IMG/VR virus record: IMGVR_UViG_3300020450_000030
Span: 1-55,732 of that record
DNA: 55,732 nt
Direction: 5' to 3' (one strand)
Origin: a virus
Lineage: Duplodnaviria > Caudoviricetes
Shown: in pieces, positions 49,327 to 55,732 of the stretch
Layout: every line of letters starts with the position of its first letter
Numbering within the stretch: position 1 is the first letter of the stretch
Notes under the pieces: model-generated
What the model was told of the DNA's origin: nothing
The model's input: only the letters and a program-made list of their open reading frames with translations
Databases searched by the model: none
Made by a program: the position numbers and the translations under genes

Positions 49327-49886
49327 TTATAGAAGTTTAAATTTAACAAAATGCGATTAGCATGGTCTACTGGAGAGTGTCCTGTGTGCATATAATCTCC
49401 ATCGAAGATGACCAATCTATTCTTTTTAGGTGAAACTGTCTGTTGTATAGTCAATTCTGTATGATCTACGTTTCTTCTTTTCTCATTGTATATGATAGTG
49501 TCCCCATCACTATCTATCAAATATAGTATAACAGACCAATGAGGGTAGTTTTGGTCTGTATGTGGAGTGTGTATGATCTTTTCGGGTGCCTGCAGGGTCA
49601 TATCCAGTCTTGCTCTTGTTAGACCACCCTCATGGATACCCAGTTCCTTCTCTATTTTCAAGGTAGCGGGTATCCATCCATCACTTTCAAATCTAATATT
49701 GTTCTCAATATCAAAAATGACCTTGGATAAACCATGCAGTTGCTTGTTCTCCCGAAGCGATGCGTGGTTAGGGGGTATGAACTTGGAAATGTTATTGTGG
49801 TAACGCCACTCGAACATCGGACTGGTGACACAACTCGACAGATAATCTATGTAATAGTCATCTAGGAAATCATCAATTACCCTCAT
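49323..49886 (-). CDS. 2OG-Fe(II) oxygenase family protein
   Basis: HTD (HxD)...GDT...PKKNRLVIFDG..MH...R..LNLNF facial-triad pattern. Confidence 0.88.
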   Translation of the reverse strand: MRVIDDFLDDYYIDYLSSCVTSPMFEWRYHNNISKFIPPNHASLRENKQLHGLSKVIFDIENNIRFESDGWIPATLKIEKELGIHEGGLTRARLDMTLQAPEKIIHTPHTDQNYPHWSVILYLIDSDGDTIIYNEKRRNVDHTELTIQQTVSPKKNRLVIFDGDYMHTGHSPVDHANRILLNLNFYK

Positions 49887-49889
49887 CGG

Positions 49890-50027
49890 TTATTTTCCTT
49901 GTCCTCGGTACGCTTTTTTCTTGTGGTTCCTCGCGGTCGCAGCATATTTTGTATGCTTGCCTGATCCTTGATTAGTCTTCTTTGGTCTTCTTTCATCTAC
50001 TTTGATACCATTTCTATAAAATGCCAT
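49890..50027 (-). CDS. 45-aa highly basic protein ending KKKAYRGQGK
   Basis: Hand-translated MAFYRNGIKVDERRPKKTNQGSGKHTKYAATARNHKKKAYRGQGK; fills the intergenic gap. Confidence 0.75.
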   Translation of the reverse strand: MAFYRNGIKVDERRPKKTNQGSGKHTKYAATARNHKKKAYRGQGK

Positions 50028-50054
50028 AATTGTGGTCGCTCGCGGGTAGGTTTA

Positions 50055-50330
50055 CTATTTTCGGCACCAACGGTGCAAATTATCGACTTTTTTGTCGATT
50101 ATCTCAATTTTTTCGTATAAATCGTTAATTATTTGTACAAAATCAAGATTTTCTTCACTATTTTTCGGTTTATACTGTATTTTATCTATACTTGGCGTTT
50201 CTGAGACGTATTTTTCTATATTTACGACTCTTTCTGCTAAATTTACTGCAATTTGGTTCAATCCGTCCAATGCTTCAGCATATGGATCTCTTAGATCTTC
50301 CTCAAGTTGCTGCATGATGTCTTTACTCAT
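50055..50330 (-). CDS. Hypothetical coiled-coil protein
   Basis: ORF track; ATGA coupling to the upstream gene. Confidence 0.75.
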   Translation of the reverse strand: MSKDIMQQLEEDLRDPYAEALDGLNQIAVNLAERVVNIEKYVSETPSIDKIQYKPKNSEENLDFVQIINDLYEKIEIIDKKVDNLHRWCRK

Positions 50331-50575
50331 CTGTTTAGGAAGTAATGATTAATGACCTCTATCTTTTCATGTGCATCACCAATCTTATCGAGTTCTTTCT
50401 CAATAGTTCCCATGACATCGGAATGTTCCCCAATACCTATGGGTTGATTGAGATAGATCTCAACATTCTGTTGGTGCTTACATATTATACCTTGATAATA
50501 ATTTAATTGTGATTTTAAAATTTGATCTCTCAAGTTAATCGGCATTCGTTTTACTATACTATTCATATGATACAC
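50327..50575 (-). CDS. Hypothetical protein (NVEIYL..PIGIGEHSD motif)
   Basis: ORF track; motif recalled from marine phage hypotheticals. True start may be the internal MPINL. Confidence 0.8.
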   Translation of the reverse strand: MYHMNSIVKRMPINLRDQILKSQLNYYQGIICKHQQNVEIYLNQPIGIGEHSDVMGTIEKELDKIGDAHEKIEVINHYFLNR

Positions 50576-50584
50576 TATCTATCG

Positions 50585-50860
50585 TCAGTTGTCAAGCAAC
50601 CAATCACGAAAGGGTTGTTGTGGGTCATCTCTTTCCTGTAGATTGTCAAAGAACTCCTCTATATCATCATCGGAGTGTTTCCAACTGACACCAGAGGTAG
50701 ATCCTTTACAAGGATTGATACACTTGGGGTTTTTATGCTTCTCTAATACATTACAAATAAGACCTGCAAGATCATGTGGACATGCAGATCTACCATTTGC
50801 CCAATATAATTGGTTATCCAACCATCTAGCATCACAAACAGGACAAACGTGTAGTTTCAT
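50585..50860 (-). CDS. Cys-rich hypothetical protein (possible metal binding)
   Basis: CPVC...CPHDLAGLICN...CINPC. Confidence 0.75.
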   Translation of the reverse strand: MKLHVCPVCDARWLDNQLYWANGRSACPHDLAGLICNVLEKHKNPKCINPCKGSTSGVSWKHSDDDIEEFFDNLQERDDPQQPFRDWLLDN

Positions 50861-51027
50861 TCAATAATCTCGAATGTCCATTTAATACTCTTAATGTAAT
50901 CAAAGGTATCATACATGTAAGATCTATCTTTAGTGTTATATTTTCTCTCTGTTAAGTAATTTCTCAGTTCCTCAAGACTAAATGATCCTTGAGGTACATG
51001 GTTCTCATCATATAATCTATACTTCAT
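50857..51027 (-). CDS. Hypothetical protein (56 aa, MKYRLYDENH...TFDYIKSIKWTFEIIE)
   Basis: Hand-translated; ATGA overlaps at both ends. Confidence 0.75.
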   Translation of the reverse strand: MKYRLYDENHVPQGSFSLEELRNYLTERKYNTKDRSYMYDTFDYIKSIKWTFEIIE

Positions 51028-51197
51028 CTCTCTAAGGGGCGAAAATGTATAGAACCGTCTTCACTCATTTCATATTCAAATTCTGTAGTGGCATCCCATC
51101 CAAACTCTTCACAGATATCATATGGTATAGTGAGTTGGAGGTCACCAAAGTCATCTTCGAGGAGTTTAGTGGTGAATCTCTGAGACATATTAAGCAT
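51024..51197 (-). CDS. AbrB/MazE/SpoVT-like small DNA-binding protein (57 aa)
   Basis: Hand-translated MLNMSQRFTTKLLEDDFGDLQLTIPYDICEEFGWDATTEFEYEMSEDGSIHFRPLER; L.LTIP..I.E.FGW fits the swapped-hairpin pattern. Confidence 0.65.
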   Translation of the reverse strand: MLNMSQRFTTKLLEDDFGDLQLTIPYDICEEFGWDATTEFEYEMSEDGSIHFRPLER

Positions 51198-51202
51198 TTC
51201 TA

Positions 51203-51388
51203 TTATAGTTTATTAGTGGGTTTATGTATCCAATACTTATCCCATGCCTTATATAGTAAATCTATATCTTGTGTACCATCATTCTGTTCAGCATATATCT
51301 GGGCACATTCATACATCTTAGGGTAAAGACAATTCTCCTTTTTAATTAATTGTTCTATCGCCCAAACTCTTGTGTCTTGTAAGGTCAT
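51203..51388 (-). CDS. Hypothetical protein
   Basis: ORF track 51203..51427; the ATG at 51388 (MTLQDTRVW) is a more plausible start than the upstream TTG. Confidence 0.7.
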   Translation of the reverse strand: MTLQDTRVWAIEQLIKKENCLYPKMYECAQIYAEQNDGTQDIDLLYKAWDKYWIHKPTNKL

Positions 51389-51585
51389 TTTTTTTCTGGG
51401 AATTTTTTTATATAGAGAAGGAATCAAAATATGAATAATATACTGCCTCTGGGGAACCTTTGTAGGTTAGGGTCTCTATCCTTTTTATATTACGGCCGCC
51501 CCGACCGCCCAAAACCCTTACAGTGACTGCTGTTTGGACTGTTATTCTTTATACTTAGTAGGGTTAATCTCTGCTATAACATAAT

Positions 51586-51610
51586 AAAAAAGGGGTCTTA
51601 TTGACCCCCT
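51586..51610 (-). terminator. Rho-independent terminator ending the early region
   Basis: GGGGTC-AATAA-GACCCC followed by TTTTTT, just after the stop at 51624. Confidence 0.85.
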
Positions 51611-51623
51611 TATTATAGTATAA

Positions 51624-51857
51624 TTAAGCAAGTTTGTCAAGTAGATCCTGTGAAACTCTCTCTATATCATCATTTTTTGATGTGATGCCAATCCACTTGT
51701 TAATGTGGCGAGATGTAGTAGTAGAGAAAAATTCCTCAGATCTTACAAAACCTCTTCCAAAGATGTAAGCAGCAACAGGTGTTTTATATGAAAAGAAAAC
51801 TCTTGCGTTTTCTGTTTCGATTTCTGTTTGGTTTGCTGCGATTGGTGTAAGTCTCAT
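51624..51857 (-). CDS. Early hypothetical protein (FSYKTPVAA...STTTSRHINKW)
   Basis: ORF track; directly behind a promoter cassette. Confidence 0.85.
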   Translation of the reverse strand: MRLTPIAANQTEIETENARVFFSYKTPVAAYIFGRGFVRSEEFFSTTTSRHINKWIGITSKNDDIERVSQDLLDKLA

Positions 51858-51940
51858 AATGCCTTTGTTTGTTATGTACTTATTATAACAAGGCGTTACC
51901 AGGTGTGACCAATCCCTGTGACACTTATTTTATTGGCACA
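51858..51940 (-). promoter_or_regulatory. Early promoter cassette copy 1
   Basis: TGTGCCA (51934-40), GTGTCAC, TATAAT (51882-87), ATAACAAAC leader. Confidence 0.8.
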
Positions 51941-52110
51941 TAGTAGCATAACCCTTCATCCAGGAAGTAATTGCAATACCGTTCAATAAATTCATTATAG
52001 TGTGTCTGCTCAGTATCTAACAAGAACTGGCATAAATCAACTTTTAATTCGTTACATATAGTGGGGAAATTATCCCATAGTTGTTGATACTTAACAGGAA
52101 GAAATAGCAT
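51925..52110 (-). CDS. Hypothetical protein
   Basis: ORF track; sigma70-type promoter and AGAGG upstream. Confidence 0.7.
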   Translation of the reverse strand: MLFLPVKYQQLWDNFPTICNELKVDLCQFLLDTEQTHYNEFIERYCNYFLDEGLCYYVPIK

Positions 52111-52137
52111 AGTAATTCTTAAACCTCTACAAGGTTA

Positions 52138-52166
52138 ATTGTACCATAATTCTTATTACTTGTCAA
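52138..52166 (-). promoter_or_regulatory. Sigma70-type promoter TTGACA-17-TACAAT with extended TG
   Basis: Near-consensus hexamers with exactly 17-nt spacing. Confidence 0.85.
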
Positions 52167-52294
52167 GAAAATGTGCGTTTGCTAATAGTACTTGACAGAT
52201 GGGTATTTGCACGCTAAAAGTATAACAAACGGAAGGATACTATCCTCTACTAACTAAACACTAATAGATTTAATTAACCATTTATTAAATATAC

Positions 52295-52450
52295 TTAATT
52301 TAGCGGATTTCTGGGATTTGTATCATTTTTATTGCTAATATACTTCTTTCTCATATACTCCCACATGATTACGATTAACTCCTTAATTGTTATCCACGCA
52401 TAGTGAATATCATTACTAAGTATTATCTTAGATCGCTTATTATTACTCAT
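52295..52450 (-). CDS. Hypothetical protein (51 aa, MSNNKRSKIILSNDIHYAW...)
   Basis: Hand-translated; ATGA overlap with the upstream stop. Confidence 0.55.
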   Translation of the reverse strand: MSNNKRSKIILSNDIHYAWITIKELIVIMWEYMRKKYISNKNDTNPRNPLN

Positions 52451-52728
52451 TTCTTATTACCTACCTCGAAACGATTAGGTCGCCCTTCGATAACATTTAA
52501 TTCACTCCATTTACCTCTGTGAATTAACAATAATACCTGTCTAAATGGACTGCGGGAATGTTCCGCATATTCCTTATTATGTGGGATTTCATGTAAACAA
52601 ACTGTTATGTAATCCTTGTCAATAAAGTTTATATAACCCTCCCCATCTTCGGGTGTTAATATATACATTCCCCTGACAAATTGCTTATAATTCATTACAT
52701 TATATCCCGATATATATCTTTCCTTCAT
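52447..52728 (-). CDS. Hypothetical protein
   Basis: ORF track (G.INFID..YITVC pattern). Confidence 0.75.
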   Translation of the reverse strand: MKERYISGYNVMNYKQFVRGMYILTPEDGEGYINFIDKDYITVCLHEIPHNKEYAEHSRSPFRQVLLLIHRGKWSELNVIEGRPNRFEVGNKK

Positions 52729-52939
52729 TGTTAATTAGTTGACTATCTGCAAGTGAATAGTCATCACAATCTTTGTCATATATGCTAACAGTTTGCATAA
52801 GTTCATCGCTGTTAAGTTCAGATAATTGTTTATACAAATCTAAGTAAGTCATAGTTTCTTTATTGTTATCTATCGCCTGTAATGTGTCGATAGATGTTGT
52901 TAATAAATTCCAAGGAATTAATGTCCATGTTGTTGACAT
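52700..52939 (-). CDS. Hypothetical protein
   Basis: ORF track; start may be the internal MTYLDL. Confidence 0.6.
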   Translation of the reverse strand: MSTTWTLIPWNLLTTSIDTLQAIDNNKETMTYLDLYKQLSELNSDELMQTVSIYDKDCDDYSLADSQLINNEGKIYIGI

Positions 52940-53031
52940 AAACCCATAATGTTGTTGGTGTTGTTATTACTTATGTAAGTAAAAAAATCGGGCGAGCAAC
53001 CACATTCGGTGCAAGTTTACTCGGATAAGTG

Positions 53032-53148
53032 TTATCTAAGATGGAATCTTTTATTATCTGAGTAATATTCTTTTGTATGTAATAATTTCCGATCTAGTTC
53101 ATCTTGCCTTAATAATGCTTCATAGATCTTTTCATTTAGTGGTTGCAT
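53032..53148 (-). CDS. Hypothetical protein (38 aa, MQPLNEKIYEALLRQDEL...)
   Basis: Hand-translated; starts 1 nt after the upstream stop. Confidence 0.5.
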   Translation of the reverse strand: MQPLNEKIYEALLRQDELDRKLLHTKEYYSDNKRFHLR

Positions 53149-53149
53149 T

Positions 53150-53335
53150 TTAGACTGATTCATAATAATTAACGTGATAGATTTGGTTTAAATTAACATC
53201 TAATACTGATGCTTTTCCGTAGTCAGATGCCCACTCGTCAGCACTTTTTTGTGCTGTCTCTAGGTCATTTGTAAAATGTTCATGCTGACCTAGAGGAAAA
53301 TCGGGGACTATAACAGTATAAGCGAATTTTGTCAT
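53150..53335 (-). CDS. Early hypothetical protein
   Basis: ORF track; GGAGG RBS. Confidence 0.75.
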   Translation of the reverse strand: MTKFAYTVIVPDFPLGQHEHFTNDLETAQKSADEWASDYGKASVLDVNLNQIYHVNYYESV

Positions 53336-53620
53336 TTATGCAACCTCCCTTATATAACCATTTTCAGCGTGTATAAAAGCATCTAGTTTAGCAACATCAA
53401 GATCTGGATCATCAAAATCTACCTTTGCACAACCATCGACACCCCACTCTGCTAACTCTTCTACAAATTCTTGCCAGTTAGCACAACAACATGCCATATT
53501 TTGAAAATTCTCAACTTGAACGATTCTGTTCATAACTCTTTGAGTTTTGGTCTCTACTACGTCCTGACCTATCATGATTTGGTCATTCTTGCAAAGTTCT
53601 TTGTATTCTGCGATTGTCAT
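53336..53620 (-). CDS. Early hypothetical acidic protein
   Basis: ORF track; behind cassette copy 2. Confidence 0.8.
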   Translation of the reverse strand: MTIAEYKELCKNDQIMIGQDVVETKTQRVMNRIVQVENFQNMACCCANWQEFVEELAEWGVDGCAKVDFDDPDLDVAKLDAFIHAENGYIREVA

Positions 53621-53708
53621 AATAATGTTTGTTTGTTTGTTATACTACTATTATAATGGTATTAGTTGCTGAATAGTGCCAGTAGTAGACACTAATTCAA
53701 CTGGCACA
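53621..53708 (-). promoter_or_regulatory. Early promoter cassette copy 2
   Basis: TGTGCCAGTT (box 53702-08), GTGTCTAC, TATAAT (53650-55), GTATAACAAACAAAC. Confidence 0.85.
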
Positions 53709-53711
53709 ATA

Positions 53712-53954
53712 TTAATACTCTGATACTTTTTTTAACCATGCCCACACTTCTGACCTACTTAACCACCCTTTAACGTCAGTCCACTCTAGGTCATCGTATA
53801 TAATTTTATTATCTTTTAAAAGGGCAATTTCATAAAGTCCCTCTTTACCGCCATAAGAATGTTCATGACATGCAACGGATAAACCATATCCATTCTCGCA
53901 GTAATATCTAACTACTTCATCATTTGGTCTAATTACTCTTTTTTCTGTGTACAT
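53712..53954 (-). CDS. Early hypothetical protein (NGYGLSV...SYGG..GLYEIA)
   Basis: ORF track; behind cassette copy 3. Confidence 0.85.
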   Translation of the reverse strand: MYTEKRVIRPNDEVVRYYCENGYGLSVACHEHSYGGKEGLYEIALLKDNKIIYDDLEWTDVKGWLSRSEVWAWLKKVSEY

Positions 53955-54043
53955 AAAACCTTTTGTTTGTTTGTTATACTAATATTATACCATTGGATAT
54001 AATCAAAATGGTTGTAAGAGTGTACACTAATAAAACTGGCACA
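53955..54043 (-). promoter_or_regulatory. Early promoter cassette copy 3
   Basis: TGTGCCAGTT (box 54037-43), GTGTACAC, TGgTATAAT (53984-89), GTATAACAAACAAAC. Confidence 0.85.
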
Positions 54044-54046
54044 TGA

Positions 54047-54292
54047 TTACTTGACATTTTCAAAACCCTCCCTTAATCTTTTCATTCTACCTTTTAATGC
54101 TTCCTTATGAAATTCTGGGAAAAATAAATCTATCATGTAGTTATATGTGTCATAGTCAAAAACATGACCATTGACTTCTACGTCATTTGGTAAAAATCCA
54201 AAATGTACATAATGGTCAAGTGCATATTCTCTTACGAGATCCGCACTTGTCTTACTTGAGTCTAGCATACCGATTAAATTGTTCATTACCAT
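54047..54292 (-). CDS. Early hypothetical protein
   Basis: ORF track. Confidence 0.75.
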   Translation of the reverse strand: MVMNNLIGMLDSSKTSADLVREYALDHYVHFGFLPNDVEVNGHVFDYDTYNYMIDLFFPEFHKEALKGRMKRLREGFENVK

Positions 54293-54624
54293 GTACCGTT
54301 TTTGTGATCGTAGTTAAACTTATCAAGTAAAATATCTCTTACTCTCTCTCTGTCTAGAGAATCCCCATCGCCCCATGTGCATAACTCGAAATCATCGTTA
54401 TTGCACTGGTCAAGATATACGATTGTAGCATGTAGTATATCAGTTTTTGTTAATGGTTGTCCCTGATAAACTAGAGGGTAAAGCGGATCATTCTGACCAT
54501 AGAATGAATCAACATAATCAACAAAATCATCAATCTGTCTTTTTGCTGTGAGTAAATCGGTTGGTCTGGTCATAGTGTAGTTTCCTGTTAGAAATTGGTC
54601 AAGTGTGATAGTTTTTGTTTTCAT
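54286..54624 (-). CDS. Early hypothetical protein (WGDGDSLDRERVRD)
   Basis: ORF track 54286..54690; start trimmed to ATG 54624 because the upstream part is promoter cassette 4. Alternative start at 54573. Confidence 0.8.
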   Translation of the reverse strand: MKTKTITLDQFLTGNYTMTRPTDLLTAKRQIDDFVDYVDSFYGQNDPLYPLVYQGQPLTKTDILHATIVYLDQCNNDDFELCTWGDGDSLDRERVRDILLDKFNYDHKNGTW

Positions 54625-54689
54625 ACCTCTATTATAGAGGTAAAGAACGAACTGTGTCAGTAATAATGGACAGTTCTTCCTGTGGCACA
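54625..54689 (-). promoter_or_regulatory. Early promoter cassette copy 4
   Basis: TGTGCCA (54683-89), CTGTCCA, TATAAT (54631-36). Confidence 0.75.
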
Positions 54690-54913
54690 AACTGGGCGGG
54701 TCTCTTAGTATTGATCTTTACTTCATATCCATAGTTGTCAATTCTGTCCATTAACTCTACTGCCATGTCATTAACGTGGATCAACTTCTTGTTTACTGTC
54801 TCATTTACAAAAGTTAAAATCCTGAGTCTGACCTTATTTGAAACAACACCATTCCAGTTTTTGCACTCATAGTAGTCAACTGTCATAGCACCGTCAGCAG
54901 ATTTGATTTGCAT
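54632..54913 (-). CDS. Early hypothetical protein
   Basis: ORF track 54632..54952; start trimmed to ATG 54913 (GAGGT RBS, downstream of cassette 5). Confidence 0.8.
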   Translation of the reverse strand: MQIKSADGAMTVDYYECKNWNGVVSNKVRLRILTFVNETVNKKLIHVNDMAVELMDRIDNYGYEVKINTKRPAQFVPQEELSIITDTVRSLPL

Positions 54914-54997
54914 GTGAACCTCGTTTGTTATACTATAATTGTACCATAGCAATTATATCAAATGGTTGTAAGAGTGGACACTAATACAACTGGCACA
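54914..54997 (-). promoter_or_regulatory. Early promoter cassette copy 5
   Basis: TGTGCCAGTT (box 54991-97), GTGTCCAC, TGgTACAAT (54938-43), GTATAACAAAC. Confidence 0.85.
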
Positions 54998-55201
54998 CTA
55001 AAACTGATAACTCCATAAATTGTCTGGTATATATGAAACAAGAGTGTGTTTCGTACCATCAAAAAAAGTAATTTTAAGTCTATCTTGAATAATGCTGATA
55101 ACGTAGGATCGGGTCTCTTGATCTAGTCTATCATGCTTTAAAAGACGATTCAAATAACTGGTATCTGATTCTCTAAGAACCTGTTTTTTAAAATTATTCA
55201 T
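54998..55201 (-). CDS. Early hypothetical protein
   Basis: ORF track; ATGA coupling. Confidence 0.7.
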   Translation of the reverse strand: MNNFKKQVLRESDTSYLNRLLKHDRLDQETRSYVISIIQDRLKITFFDGTKHTLVSYIPDNLWSYQF

Positions 55202-55536
55202 AGGTATTGAATCTCTCCGTTTTCAACTGCTTCCATGTATTCACACATATCAGAATGTGCCTTATCTTTGTCATCTTGCCATTGATCCCAACATAGTCTG
55301 CGGTTGATGTCCATCAATTTACTCATGTCAACACCTTCCCAGTCTGTCCACTCTGAAACATAACCTAGTTGACTCTCGTCATATCCACCATCAACTAGAC
55401 TAGGTGCGGATATAAACTCAAAGGCAATATCAATAAAGAAGTGCCTACCAAATTCTTCGCTCTCGATAGTCTGAAGTGGTATGAATTTACTAGGATACTC
55501 TGATTCTAGATAGTTTTTGAAAGTGTAAGTTCTCAT
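55198..55536 (-). CDS. Early hypothetical acidic protein
   Basis: ORF track; ATGA coupling. Confidence 0.75.
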   Translation of the reverse strand: MRTYTFKNYLESEYPSKFIPLQTIESEEFGRHFFIDIAFEFISAPSLVDGGYDESQLGYVSEWTDWEGVDMSKLMDINRRLCWDQWQDDKDKAHSDMCEYMEAVENGEIQYL

Positions 55537-55730
55537 TGTAGTAAATCCTCAAATTCTTTTTCTGTTTGAAATTGTACAAAATTAAATGCTTCTAAGTGAG
55601 TATCAAACGTGTCATGAGTCCTCTCATTCTCATAAGTGGTCTCATAAGATCCAACTCCATTGGAACATTTGATGATGTCCCACTTCTCAAAAATGCCTTC
55701 AAGAATACTCTCATTATGTAAGCAACTCAT
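55533..55730 (-). CDS. Early hypothetical protein
   Basis: ORF track. Confidence 0.7.
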   Translation of the reverse strand: MSCLHNESILEGIFEKWDIIKCSNGVGSYETTYENERTHDTFDTHLEAFNFVQFQTEKEFEDLLQ

Positions 55731-55732
55731 TA

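Noticed and set aside
51389-53030. tRNA genes in the non-coding gaps
   Set aside because: No cloverleaf or GTTCGA T-loop found by eye; tRNAscan-SE would settle it.
607-53656. Numerous plus-strand ORFs (e.g. 2624-3463, 7493-7966, 24045-24437)
   Set aside because: Antisense shadows of long minus-strand genes; their Val/Pro/Ala-rich text mirrors Gly/Thr codons, and I saw no RBS or promoter support.
54625-54952. N-terminal extensions of ORFs 54286..54690 and 54632..54952
   Set aside because: The extensions run through promoter cassettes; downstream ATGs fit better.
51858-54997. Repeated motifs as a CRISPR array or integron-like attC sites
   Set aside because: Spacing is irregular and gene-sized, each copy has a -10 at fixed distance, and no cas or integrase gene is present; a promoter explanation suffices.

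Overview
AT-rich segment of a T4-like marine myovirus genome, most likely a cyanophage (Kyanoviridae-like, inferred from gene order, ATAAATA late promoters and a 2OG-Fe(II) oxygenase). All credible genes are on the minus strand. In transcription order (right to left) there is first an early region of small hypothetical ORFs (~51.6-55.7 kb) driven by five copies of a TGTGCCA-box promoter cassette. Next come a terminator and a GC-island/A-tract non-coding junction, a cluster of small genes (AbrB-like, Cys-rich, very basic peptide, 2OG-Fe(II) oxygenase), and then the late virion module: gp25, gp6, a 7305-aa gp7, a gp9-like protein, a 1465-aa YHYH-type protein, gp8, a 2415-aa DUF4815/VrlC-like protein, a 2521-aa tail fibre, gp13, gp14 and partial gp15. 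The most striking observation is architectural. The repeats in gp7 (29.4-32.9 kb) are not tandem: they parse exactly as 11 domains recursively inserted into one another like balanced parentheses (depth 6, six leaves), implying a branched, tree-shaped single polypeptide. An unrelated domain family in the tail fibre shows a five-deep Russian-doll version of the same logic. The gp7 tree is grafted into the first of four helical repeats that resemble the phycobiliprotein fold by eye, and two baseplate-associated proteins carry intact type-1 copper (cupredoxin) motifs. All family calls are by-eye motif recognition; no searches were run.
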